From Nitrososphaerota archaeon (lineage in GTDB: Archaea; Thermoproteota; Nitrososphaeria; Nitrososphaerales; UBA57), in assembly GCA_013378375.1 (NCBI GenBank), contig JACAFT010000001.1, forward strand, positions 8,890 to 72,889: 64,000 bases of DNA, given 5' to 3'. A program made the position numbers and the translations under genes. Every line of letters begins with the position of its first letter. Position 1 is the stretch's first letter. The notes under the pieces were generated by a model, which was not told where the DNA came from, did no database searches, and saw only the letters and a program-made list of their open reading frames with translations. Of the stretch, positions 25,665 to 35,168 are shown one piece after another.

Positions 25665-26961
25665 AGGGATTTTATGCACTCGTGGTAATTTCTTGTCTAA
25701 TTCAAGTCTTGATTTTATGGATCATCGAGCATGGTCTGGATATTTGTGTTATAACGGAGAATCAAATTACACGATAAATTCCAAATTATCTAGTTTGTCT
25801 TATGATATTATTGGCTGTTTAGGAGATACTGCTGTAAACGATAGAGATGTTTTAATTCATGGTGAAATCTATGGAGATTATAAACATATTATTGAACAAA
25901 TTATTAATTCTACTACTGTTTCAAATTTAAAATCACTTTTAGAAAAATTATTTACATTTGATGGTTCTTATTGTATGGTTATAAGAGGAAAGCTTGGAAC
26001 AATATGTTGTCGTGATCCGCTTGGTACTAAACCTCTTTATATCGGTACTAAAGATGATTCCATTTCAATTTCTACTCAAAAAACAATCTTATTGCTTTCT
26101 GATTATGTTGTTGATGATTTCATTCCTGGCACTGCAATAATTCTGGAGAAGAATATTAGAATTAATTCTCGTAATTTATCAAATTTAGATGCCTTGTATA
26201 ATTATAATGCTGACACTCTGTTGACTTTACTAAAAAAATCTATATCATCTCGTATTGGTGATCGAAAGAAGATTGGTGTATCATTCTCTGGTGGAATCGA
26301 CAGTTCAATATTGATTTCCATTGCAAATGAATTTACTGATATTAAGGCATTTAATGTGCGTATGAAAGATTCTCATGATTTTGCTAATGCAACAAAACTT
26401 GCTAACTTACTTGGAATTGATCTTGTAGAAATTGAGCCTAAGAAAGATAGTATTCCTGATGATATTCCAAATATCGTTTCTCTCGCTGAAATTACAAGAC
26501 CTATGGACGTAAGTATTGCACTTGGTTTCTATTACGTTGCAAAAACTGCTCGAAAAAATAATGTTTCTACACTTTTTGTTGGACAACTTGCAGACGAATT
26601 ATTTGGTGGATATGCGAGATATATTAGATCCATAACTGAAGAAAGTCCTGAATATGTAACAAATATGATGAATTCAGATGTCCATCTTGCATATACGAAA
26701 AACTTTGAACGAGATGAAAAAATTACATCCCCCTTTGTTGATCTATTTGTTCCATATTCATCTGTTCCAATAGTTAATTTTGCTCTAAATTGTCCAATAG
26801 ATTATAAAATTGATATTGAAAATAATATTCGAAAAGTTATATTACGTTCAGTTGCTAAAAAATTAAACCTTCCTGATGAGATCATTAATCAAACTAAAAA
26901 AGCAATACATTTTAGTTCTGGTATTGACAAAGTTGTTAAAAAGGCATTAAAAAATAATTAA
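25636..26961 (+). CDS. asparagine synthase (AsnB)-like PP-loop enzyme
   Basis: PP-loop GVSFSGGIDSS and AsnB-type blocks HGEIYGDY, FDGSYCMV and RDPLGTKPLYIG. No Met-Cys N-terminus is visible. The start is uncertain. Confidence 0.75.
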   Translation: MKVMNPTYVRGILCTRGNFLSNSSLDFMDHRAWSGYLCYNGESNYTINSKLSSLSYDIIGCLGDTAVNDRDVLIHGEIYGDYKHIIEQIINSTTVSNLKSLLEKLFTFDGSYCMVIRGKLGTICCRDPLGTKPLYIGTKDDSISISTQKTILLLSDYVVDDFIPGTAIILEKNIRINSRNLSNLDALYNYNADTLLTLLKKSISSRIGDRKKIGVSFSGGIDSSILISIANEFTDIKAFNVRMKDSHDFANATKLANLLGIDLVEIEPKKDSIPDDIPNIVSLAEITRPMDVSIALGFYYVAKTARKNNVSTLFVGQLADELFGGYARYIRSITEESPEYVTNMMNSDVHLAYTKNFERDEKITSPFVDLFVPYSSVPIVNFALNCPIDYKIDIENNIRKVILRSVAKKLNLPDEIINQTKKAIHFSSGIDKVVKKALKNN

Positions 26962-27389
26962 ATATCTAAAATTAACGTAGCTTTCCATTCATTTCCTTCT
27001 TTAAATAATTTAAATTTATGTAATGTTACTGCCTTCACATCTGCGCATAATTCATGTTTATCATGATTTATTTCTTCTCCATACAGTGTTGCTTTTAATT
27101 TATGTAATTCTTTTGATTTATTAATTTTAATGTCAAATTTATTGAATATTAGTCTATCAGAATCTTTTAGAATTACTAATTGTTCTAAAAATTCATATAA
27201 TAATAAATCCATTTGATCTGAAGATACATCGATCTCTATTTTCTTTATCTGGTCTATATCATCTAAATTTTCAATCATTGTGTTTGTCAATGCTTTTCCA
27301 GCATCGATAAAAACACCTTCTAGTGTTTTTGAATTTACTTCTATTGCTGCATCAGCTATCGATATGTCTTCTCTGTACAGATATGGCAA
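26958..27389 (-). CDS. archease (RtcB activator)
   Basis: 143 aa. The N-terminal DISIADAAIEV... and C-terminal VKAVTLH...L..D pattern are typical of archease. It lies directly downstream of rtcB. Confidence 0.85.
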   Translation of the reverse strand: MPYLYREDISIADAAIEVNSKTLEGVFIDAGKALTNTMIENLDDIDQIKKIEIDVSSDQMDLLLYEFLEQLVILKDSDRLIFNKFDIKINKSKELHKLKATLYGEEINHDKHELCADVKAVTLHKFKLFKEGNEWKATLILDI

Positions 27390-27409
27390 TATTTGTTATT
27401 TTCAGTTTT

Positions 27410-28870
27410 TTAGCCTTTAACATTACCTATTGGAATGAATCTTACAATCCTTTTTGATATTTTTGACTTAACAGTTGCATCTATTACTTCATCAATATCT
27501 TTGTATGCTTTTCCTGCTTCTTCAGCTAATCCTGCATATGAGACTGATTTTACATATATTCCTCTTTTTAACATGTCTTTGAATAGAGTTTCTCCTCTGA
27601 ATGTTCTTTTTGCTTTTGTTCTACTCATGGTTCTACCGCTGCCATGAGCTGTACTTGCAAATGTTTCAGTATGAGCTTCTTTTGTTCCCGTTAACAAATA
27701 TGAACCTGTTTCCATACTTCCACCAATAATTACAGGTTGTCCTATTTCTCTATATTTCATTGGAATCTCTTCCCTTCCTGGGCCAAATGCACGAGTAGCT
27801 CCTTTTCTATGAACTATCATTTTTTTATTTTTACCATTTACCTTGTGCTCTTCAATTTTTGCTGTGTTGTGCGCTACATCATATACCATAGAAAGACCTA
27901 ATTTTTCTGCTTCTTTTTTAAATACGTTAGAAAAAACTTCTCTAATTCTGTGCAGTATTACTTGTCTATTTACAAATGACATATTTATTGCACATTGCAT
28001 AGCTGAAAAATAATCTTGTCCTTCATCAGATTGAAATGGTGCACAAGCTAATTCTCTATCTAAAATTTTGATTTTATATTTACTTTCCATCACTCCTAGA
28101 AATTTTTTTAAATAATCTGATGCAACTTGATGACCAAATCCTCTACTTCCACAATGAAACATAATTACTACTTGATTAGGGAATATTCCTATGGTTTTTG
28201 CAATTTTTTTATCAAATATATATTCAGGTTTTACTACTTGAATTTCTAAATAATGATTTCCAGAACCTAATGTTCCAATTTGTTTTATTCCTCTTTTTAT
28301 TGACATTTCGCTAATTTTTTCTGAATTTGCATTTTTCATTATTCCGTATTCTTCCGTATTTTCTAAATCTTCTTTCCACCCATATCCTTTATCAATACAC
28401 CATGTAGATCCCATTTCTACAATTTCGCGAAATTCTGATGGATTAATTTTTACAAATCCTGAACCTCCGACTCCTGCTGGAACTTTGTTATATAATTGAT
28501 CAACTAATTCTTTTAATTTTGGCTTTACATCCTTGTACGTCAGATTAGTTAATACTAATCTCATTCCACAATTTATGTCAAATCCAATTCCTCCTGGAGA
28601 TATTACTCCTTTATTTAAATCCATTGCTGCAACTCCGCCAATTGGAAAACCATATCCGCTGTGTGCATCAGGCATTGTGTATGCATAATTTATTATTCCA
28701 GGTAATGTTGCAACATTAGTTATTTGGTCTATTACATGAATATCCATTAATTTTAATAATCGTTCTGATGCGTAAATTCTCACAGGAACATTCATTCCTT
28801 GTTTATAATTTGTTGGGATCTCCCAAGTTGTGTTTGAAATTTTTTGTACAACGTTTAAAATATTATTCAT
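27410..28870 (-). CDS. rtcB: RtcB tRNA-splicing RNA ligase
   Basis: Motifs PDAHSGYGFPIGGV, GFDINCGMR, GSGNHY, HCGSRGFGHQ, and the C-terminal HGSGR with IPIGNVKG. Confidence 0.95.
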   Translation of the reverse strand: MNNILNVVQKISNTTWEIPTNYKQGMNVPVRIYASERLLKLMDIHVIDQITNVATLPGIINYAYTMPDAHSGYGFPIGGVAAMDLNKGVISPGGIGFDINCGMRLVLTNLTYKDVKPKLKELVDQLYNKVPAGVGGSGFVKINPSEFREIVEMGSTWCIDKGYGWKEDLENTEEYGIMKNANSEKISEMSIKRGIKQIGTLGSGNHYLEIQVVKPEYIFDKKIAKTIGIFPNQVVIMFHCGSRGFGHQVASDYLKKFLGVMESKYKIKILDRELACAPFQSDEGQDYFSAMQCAINMSFVNRQVILHRIREVFSNVFKKEAEKLGLSMVYDVAHNTAKIEEHKVNGKNKKMIVHRKGATRAFGPGREEIPMKYREIGQPVIIGGSMETGSYLLTGTKEAHTETFASTAHGSGRTMSRTKAKRTFRGETLFKDMLKRGIYVKSVSYAGLAEEAGKAYKDIDEVIDATVKSKISKRIVRFIPIGNVKG

Positions 28871-28935
28871 GTTATTTTACCTGTTTAGAATAAAGATTAT
28901 ATGAATCGAATATATGTGTTTGTTACATTTATTTA

Positions 28936-29208
28936 TTGACTGATATGACTGTGAATAAATTAATTATTAATATTAAAGTACAAACTGGGCAACAAAAACA
29001 ATATATTGATTTTATTGACGATCACATTTCTCTGGGTGTATGTTCTCGCCCTATAAAAAATCAAGCTAATTCAGAAGTTATAAAAATTCTTTCTGAATTA
29101 TTTAAAACAAGCTCGTCCAAAATAAAAATTATATATGGACAAAAAAATTCGTTAAAAACCATTGTTATAATTAACCCTGAGTTTATACCTGAAAATTTGA
29201 ATATTTAA
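28936..29208 (+). CDS. DUF167 (YggU-like, UPF0235) protein
   Basis: About 90 aa with the pattern I.VKV.....N.I......I...V.S.P..G.AN.E.I..L...........I..G..S..K.I.I. ATG 28945 is an alternative start. Confidence 0.7.
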   Translation: MTDMTVNKLIINIKVQTGQQKQYIDFIDDHISLGVCSRPIKNQANSEVIKILSELFKTSSSKIKIIYGQKNSLKTIVIINPEFIPENLNI

Positions 29209-29973
29209 TTAACTAATATATTGAGTATTCTGATTTTTAGCAGAATGTTTTATTCCTTCATCGTTGTCTGATTTCATATTTTCGATTTGGTTGATTAAAT
29301 CTAATGTTTCTTGAGCTTTTTTTGATAATTCCTTTGTATTCATATTTAATTTTGTAATTTTTTTTAATGATTTTAATACTTCTTTTGATGAATTTGGATC
29401 TATTATATATCCTGATGTTTCTCCCAATAGGGAATATCCTTCCATTCCTTTTATTTTTGCTATTCCTATTAATATTCCATTCATCCCTGTGATCATTCCT
29501 TGATTCATTATTGATATTCCATTTCGTTTTAATAATTTGACTTGTTTTTTGCTTGTTGCTGTCCCAAAAACTTTTGGTTTTTGCACAAAATTTCCAGTTA
29601 TATAAGCAGCTAGGGTGAATATTTTTTTTACTCCTAATTTTGACGTATAATCTAATATTTTTTCTGATAATAAGTAATTTGCCTGTTCTGTTATTGGTTG
29701 TGATTCACCTGTTAATATTAAGAAATCATTATCTAATTTTTTATTTTCAAGAAGGTATATTGTATTATTTACAATTTCTCCTATTCCTTTGTTGTTAATT
29801 ATTACTTGTGGAGGAAATGAATTACTATATATTTTACAAATTGCTTTGCCATTATATTCGTCAATTAAATGTTCTGCCGCTAATTTTCCAACATATCCAC
29901 TACCTGGCATTCCACAAATTAATATTGGGTTTTTTAGCTTTTTTGTTTTTGATGTTTTTAATATTATTTCCAC
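29209..29973 (-). CDS. PAC2 family protein (proteasome-assembly-chaperone-like, COG1938)
   Basis: N-terminal LKNPILICGMPGSGYVGKLAAEHLI is characteristic of archaeal PAC2 proteins. 254 aa. Confidence 0.7.
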   Translation of the reverse strand: MEIILKTSKTKKLKNPILICGMPGSGYVGKLAAEHLIDEYNGKAICKIYSNSFPPQVIINNKGIGEIVNNTIYLLENKKLDNDFLILTGESQPITEQANYLLSEKILDYTSKLGVKKIFTLAAYITGNFVQKPKVFGTATSKKQVKLLKRNGISIMNQGMITGMNGILIGIAKIKGMEGYSLLGETSGYIIDPNSSKEVLKSLKKITKLNMNTKELSKKAQETLDLINQIENMKSDNDEGIKHSAKNQNTQYIS

Positions 29974-30018
29974 AATAAATAGTTTTATAATCTCATCGTT
30001 TATTAGTTTGCCTTATTA

Positions 30019-30615
30019 TTATTTTGGAAATATGGCTGTATTTGACCAGTTTTTTTTAATATATCCTTTACTTAAGTTTACCATTGGTAAATAATTATGA
30101 AATAGTCTTATATTTTTTCCAAGTCTGATTGTTGAAATATTTATTATGCAGTTTTTTCCATGATTTTTTTCTAACGAAGGTACAATTTTTGAATTAAATC
30201 CTATATTAATCTCGTCATCTGTTTTTCCTTCAATTATCATTATTATTGCTGTATGTCCGTCTATTTCTGCTAAATGTGATTCATATATTAATTCTGTAAA
30301 AATTGTTTTTACATTTGGTTCTTCTTTAATTTCTTTAATAATTTTTTCCTGAGTAATTCCTAGTTTGAATTTTATTAAATAAAGATGTCTTGAGGGTAAA
30401 CTATTTAGTCCATTTATTCCTGTGTTTAATTCTGTATAGTAGTTTAATAGTTCTAAATCTTCTAATTTTTTACGTTTTCTATTTACTGTTCTGGATGGTA
30501 TTTCTGTATTTTGACTAATTCTATTATCTGAAATTCTGGGATTTTTAATTAATTCTTTGATAATTATTTTTTCAAATTTGTCTAATTTATACATTTTATC
30601 AGTAATTTTGACCAA
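30019..30615 (-). CDS. Lrp/AsnC-type HTH transcriptional regulator
   Basis: N-terminal IIKELIKNPRISDNRISQNTEIPSRTVNRKRKKLEDLELL is an AsnC-type HTH. The gene is divergent from the glutamate synthase genes. Confidence 0.75.
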   Translation of the reverse strand: MVKITDKMYKLDKFEKIIIKELIKNPRISDNRISQNTEIPSRTVNRKRKKLEDLELLNYYTELNTGINGLNSLPSRHLYLIKFKLGITQEKIIKEIKEEPNVKTIFTELIYESHLAEIDGHTAIIMIIEGKTDDEINIGFNSKIVPSLEKNHGKNCIINISTIRLGKNIRLFHNYLPMVNLSKGYIKKNWSNTAIFPK

Positions 30616-30670
30616 AACTAGACACTTATGTACATAAAAGATATATTAATATATCTATATTATATCTTTT

Positions 30671-33055
30671 GTGTCTAAACCCATTCAAGAGGTAGAATCA
30701 TTTGTTAAAATGCCTAAACCCAAGCAGAAAGAGTTTTGGGATGCACGTCGTATTGAACATCTTCGTGAATTAGCTCTTACTGGAAAGGCTGCATATTTAT
30801 GGGAAAATCATTCTGATAGTTCCAGAGTACTTGATAGACTAGCTTTTTCTGATATTGATCCATTAAAATCAAATGAAAATTTTAAAGAAATTCGTGATAA
30901 TTCTTCTCTTATTGAAAATATCGATACTTCTACTAAACTTGCTTTTGGAAGAATTGGAATATCTGCTCCATTATATCTTGGTGATATGTCATTTGGAGCT
31001 CTAAGTGGAATTCCAAATATTGCATTAGCACGTGCTTCTGATGCAACTGGTGTTATTAATGGAACTGGTGAAGGTGGATTACATCCTGATGTTGCTGCTT
31101 GTAAAAACATAACTGTTCAATGGGCTTCAGGACGATTTGGTGTAGATCTTGATGTATTAAAAACTGGACAAGGAATTGTAATTAAAGTTGGTCAGGGTGC
31201 AAAACCTGGTATTGGTGGACATTTACCTGGTTCAAAGGTTACAGGTCCTATTTCTCGTGCTCGTCGAATTCCTATTGGCAAAGATGCAGTATCCCCTGCA
31301 CCTCATCATGACATTTACTCTATCGAGGATCTGGGTCAAAGAATTTGGGCTTTAAAAGAGGCTACTGGTAAACCTGTTTTTGTAAAAATTGGTTGTACTA
31401 ATTATGTTCCATATATTGCATCTGGCGTTGCAAGTATGGGTGCTGATGGAATTATTATCGATGGTTCAGGTGCAGGTACTGGTGCTGCTCCATCTGTAGT
31501 TCGAGATAATGTAGGACTTCCTATTGATCTAGTTGTTTCTTGGGTTGATCGTATTTTAACTCAACAAAATCTTCGTAATGGATTTTCTGTTATTGCAGCA
31601 GGTGCAGTTAGTAATGCAGAAGATACTGCTAAATTATTGGCCCTTGGTGCTGATTGTGTCAGTACTGGAACTGCTACATTGGTTGGTTTAGGTTGTTTAA
31701 TGGTACATAAATGTCATATTGGTTTTTGTCCTGCACTTCTTACAAATAAACTCGTAGATGACCCGACAAAAGTTCTTTCTCTTGACAAATCAGTTGAATG
31801 GACATCTAAAATGATTTTTGGATGGATTGAAGAATTTAAATGGATTTTACGAGAATTGAATTTGAATTCTGCATCTGAATTAGTTGGGAGGCGAGATTTA
31901 CTTCGTGGTTACGACATGTATGAAGAAACTGCAGATATTTTAGGAGTTGAACTTGATCATTCCTCTAAATCATTGGTTGGTCCTAAACCTGTTCAAAAGC
32001 ACGTATCTGAAGATGAATACTGGACACCAATTCTTCAAGGCGAACTTCGTGAACTTTCTGGTAGTGCAGGTAGAAATCCAGGAGAAGCGGTAATTACTAG
32101 TATGGGTACAATTTCTGCTCCCTTTGTTGATCAACCACGTTCAGTATGTGATTGGCTTCGCTGTGATGGAGCACAAGTCACTCGACCTAGTATTGATCCT
32201 TATAGAGAAGAGATTGAAACTTCAACTTATTTAGCACATGGAGATGTACGATTGTCTAATCCAATATATCTGGGTCGACTTCATGAAGAAGGTTCGATTG
32301 AAAAAATATTTTATGAAGTAGCTTCCTCTATGGGATTATTATATAATTCAAAAAAATTACTTGAAGAATCAAATCAATCTATGAATTCATCTCTTTTAAT
32401 TCCTCATTCTGAATTCTTAAACAAAGATAATTCTGGAATCAAATGTATAACAATTAATTATACTGAACTTGATCAAATCAAAAACCTATCTGAGAATAAT
32501 GTTCATATTATGGTAAGATTCCCATCAAATGAAGAAACTATCAAACTAATTCCGTCAGTAATTGAACAAAATATTACAGGTATAATTATTGATTGGGACT
32601 TTGAGAATAACCAAAATAAAATCGATCTTGCAATTTGTACATCCGAAGTTGATAATATCTTGAGAAATACACGAATAAAAACCACAATCGCTAGAAATGA
32701 AATTAATTTATTGGTTGAAGGAAGTAGAGTTCGTGGAGCAGCTGATATATTCAAATTAATTGGATTGGGTGCTGATGCAGTTGGAATTAGTAAATCTGCC
32801 TTATTATCTATAAATTACGATCCAAAGAAGTTTCGTAATGATAGTAATGAATCTAATTTTGATCAAGATAAAACAAGAGAAAAACTAGAATATACTATTC
32901 TAGCTCTGCAAAAAGAAATTAAATTATTAGCAGGAGCTGCCGGAATTAGTTCCATTCAAAATTCACTATTAGGCAATAGAGAATTATTCCGATCCGTTGA
33001 TTTAGATCCAGAGATTCGAAAAAGACTTGGCATTAAACCTGGTGGAGCTCCTTGA
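30671..33055 (+). CDS. gltB: glutamate synthase FMN-binding (synthase) domain protein with an additional C-terminal barrel-like domain
   Basis: Motifs GDMSFGALS, GQGAKPGIGGHLPG, SPAPHHDIYSIEDL, GSGAGTGAAP and the cluster-type CLMVHKCHIGFCP. The C-terminal ~360 aa repeat a GSRVRGAADIFKLIGLGADAVG-type phosphate-binding motif. Confidence 0.88.
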   Translation: MSKPIQEVESFVKMPKPKQKEFWDARRIEHLRELALTGKAAYLWENHSDSSRVLDRLAFSDIDPLKSNENFKEIRDNSSLIENIDTSTKLAFGRIGISAPLYLGDMSFGALSGIPNIALARASDATGVINGTGEGGLHPDVAACKNITVQWASGRFGVDLDVLKTGQGIVIKVGQGAKPGIGGHLPGSKVTGPISRARRIPIGKDAVSPAPHHDIYSIEDLGQRIWALKEATGKPVFVKIGCTNYVPYIASGVASMGADGIIIDGSGAGTGAAPSVVRDNVGLPIDLVVSWVDRILTQQNLRNGFSVIAAGAVSNAEDTAKLLALGADCVSTGTATLVGLGCLMVHKCHIGFCPALLTNKLVDDPTKVLSLDKSVEWTSKMIFGWIEEFKWILRELNLNSASELVGRRDLLRGYDMYEETADILGVELDHSSKSLVGPKPVQKHVSEDEYWTPILQGELRELSGSAGRNPGEAVITSMGTISAPFVDQPRSVCDWLRCDGAQVTRPSIDPYREEIETSTYLAHGDVRLSNPIYLGRLHEEGSIEKIFYEVASSMGLLYNSKKLLEESNQSMNSSLLIPHSEFLNKDNSGIKCITINYTELDQIKNLSENNVHIMVRFPSNEETIKLIPSVIEQNITGIIIDWDFENNQNKIDLAICTSEVDNILRNTRIKTTIARNEINLLVEGSRVRGAADIFKLIGLGADAVGISKSALLSINYDPKKFRNDSNESNFDQDKTREKLEYTILALQKEIKLLAGAAGISSIQNSLLGNRELFRSVDLDPEIRKRLGIKPGGAP

Positions 33056-35166
33056 CTGATCATAAAATAGTTAGTAAAGATGATTGTGGAGTATTTGCCA
33101 TATTAAAGAAAAAACATTCTGTTAAAATTCCAAATCAAATAGCAATTGATGGCATTGAATGTGTTAGATTTCGTGGAAGTAAGTATGGGGCTGGTTTTGC
33201 TTCATTTAATCTTGATAATTCAAATAAAGATTTCTTATTGAGTATATTTGTCGAAGATGAGAACACATTTGAAGAAATCAAAAATATTCTTATTGATTCA
33301 GGTTTCTCTATAGGCAATGTTAAATCCCAGACAATTGCTGCATCTGAATTATCTCTTGATATTTCATTGATTGTTAGTACTTCTGATTCAGAAAAATTAT
33401 CTCAAGTAGTTAATGAAATTAATTATAAATTCTCTATTCCTAATTATCGTGCTAGAATTTATTCATCTGGAAATTATGTTAATGTTTACAAAGATATTGG
33501 ATATCCTTCTGATGTAGCTTCTTCAACTGGTCTTATAGGTTCTGATGTAGCTGCTGATTTATGGATTGCTCATACTCGACAACCTACTAATTCTCCTGGT
33601 TCTTCTGCAATTTGGTGCCATCCATTTTCAAATGTAAATACTGCAATTGTTCATAATGGTGATATTAGTTCTTTTGGTTCAAATATTAATTTTCTTAATT
33701 ATCGTGGAGTTACAAATCTCGTAGGCACTGATAGTGAGGTCGTTGCATTTATTGCAGATTATTTAGCTCGTATTGAAAAATTATCAATGCATGATATTGG
33801 TTTAATTCTATCCAATCCATATGATCGTTTTCTTTATCGATTAGGTCGTGAAAAAACAAAATACATTCGTAATTTACTCTATAAATATAGAGGCGCTGAA
33901 TTAGACGGTCCATTTACTATTTTTATTGGATATTCTGATGGAGATGATGTCTATCTTCTTGCTGTAATTGATCGTTCAAAGTTTCGACCTGTTGTTATTG
34001 GCGAAGACGATAATTATATTTACATGGCTAGTGAGGAGTGTCAAATTAGAATGTTGTCTCCAAAAGCAAATATATGGACTCCACAACCTGGACGATTTGT
34101 TCTTGCTTCAATGAATAAAGGTATTATTGAGTCTGGTCGTGATTCTAATACTATAGATTCAATTAGTTCAGATTTAATACAAATTGAGACTTCACATGAT
34201 ATTTCTCAAAATATTATTGATTCAAATGATCTTTCGTCATATGAATTGAATACTAATATTCAATCTGTCTTAAACAATGGACCAAAAAAAGTTAATTTAA
34301 TGAATGTACGTGGACAAAGATATCTTGGTGTTAATCTCCCAAAAAATACTGAATTAAATATTTATGGAACACCTGGAAATTGTCTTGCTAATTTCAATAA
34401 AGGTACAAATATCAATGTTTATGGTAGTGCTGAAGATAATGTTGCTGATACTATGTATGAAGGAAAAATCACAATTCATGGTAATACACGTGATGTAATT
34501 GGATATGCTCTTCAAGGAGGAAAAATATTCATTCGTGGTAATGTTGGAAATCGTGCATTTATATTAATGCGCGAATACGAAGAAAGCCGTCCAGTTGTTA
34601 TTGTTGGAAATCGTGCCGATGATTATTTTGGTGAATACATGGCCGGCGGTCTTGCATTGGTACTCGGAATTGATTCTCTTGATTATGATGAACCAGAACA
34701 ATTAGTCGGCAATTTTCTTGCTACTGGAATGCTACGGGGATTGATTTATGTCAGAGGAAAAGTTAATGCAGATTCTATTGGTTTAAAACCACCTAAAGAA
34801 GATATAATCAACTACCTGTCTTATCTAAATTATAAAGGAATTATTGACAATGAATTATTTAAGAAACTTTCATCTGCTTCTGATATAAATCTTAATTTTT
34901 TGAAGTCAGAACTCTCTGATAATGCATTTAATTCCATTAAAAAATTATTTTCTAGCAAGTACAGTGTTAATCTAGATATAGAATATAAAAAACTAGATGA
35001 TTCTGATCTTAAATTATTAACTCCATATTTGAATGAATTCGCATCTGATTTTGATATTTCAGGTGATGTATTGAATAAACTTCTTAGTTCTGAATATACA
35101 ATTATAAGATCTATTGATAAATCTAAAGATCCAAAAGTTCCAAAAGTAACAGTTGTAGAAGAATAA
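33052..35166 (+). CDS. gltB: glutamate synthase glutamine amidotransferase (class II, Ntn) domain fused to a GXGXG (GltB C-terminal) domain
   Basis: N-terminal DDCGVFAIL, HTRQPTNS, and GXGXG-type repeats (YGTPGNCLANF..., VYGSAEDNVADTM..., IHGNTRDVIGYAL..., IRGNVGNRAF). The TTG start overlaps the upstream stop codon. Confidence 0.88.
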   Translation: MTDHKIVSKDDCGVFAILKKKHSVKIPNQIAIDGIECVRFRGSKYGAGFASFNLDNSNKDFLLSIFVEDENTFEEIKNILIDSGFSIGNVKSQTIAASELSLDISLIVSTSDSEKLSQVVNEINYKFSIPNYRARIYSSGNYVNVYKDIGYPSDVASSTGLIGSDVAADLWIAHTRQPTNSPGSSAIWCHPFSNVNTAIVHNGDISSFGSNINFLNYRGVTNLVGTDSEVVAFIADYLARIEKLSMHDIGLILSNPYDRFLYRLGREKTKYIRNLLYKYRGAELDGPFTIFIGYSDGDDVYLLAVIDRSKFRPVVIGEDDNYIYMASEECQIRMLSPKANIWTPQPGRFVLASMNKGIIESGRDSNTIDSISSDLIQIETSHDISQNIIDSNDLSSYELNTNIQSVLNNGPKKVNLMNVRGQRYLGVNLPKNTELNIYGTPGNCLANFNKGTNINVYGSAEDNVADTMYEGKITIHGNTRDVIGYALQGGKIFIRGNVGNRAFILMREYEESRPVVIVGNRADDYFGEYMAGGLALVLGIDSLDYDEPEQLVGNFLATGMLRGLIYVRGKVNADSIGLKPPKEDIINYLSYLNYKGIIDNELFKKLSSASDINLNFLKSELSDNAFNSIKKLFSSKYSVNLDIEYKKLDDSDLKLLTPYLNEFASDFDISGDVLNKLLSSEYTIIRSIDKSKDPKVPKVTVVEE

Positions 35167-35168
35167 TT

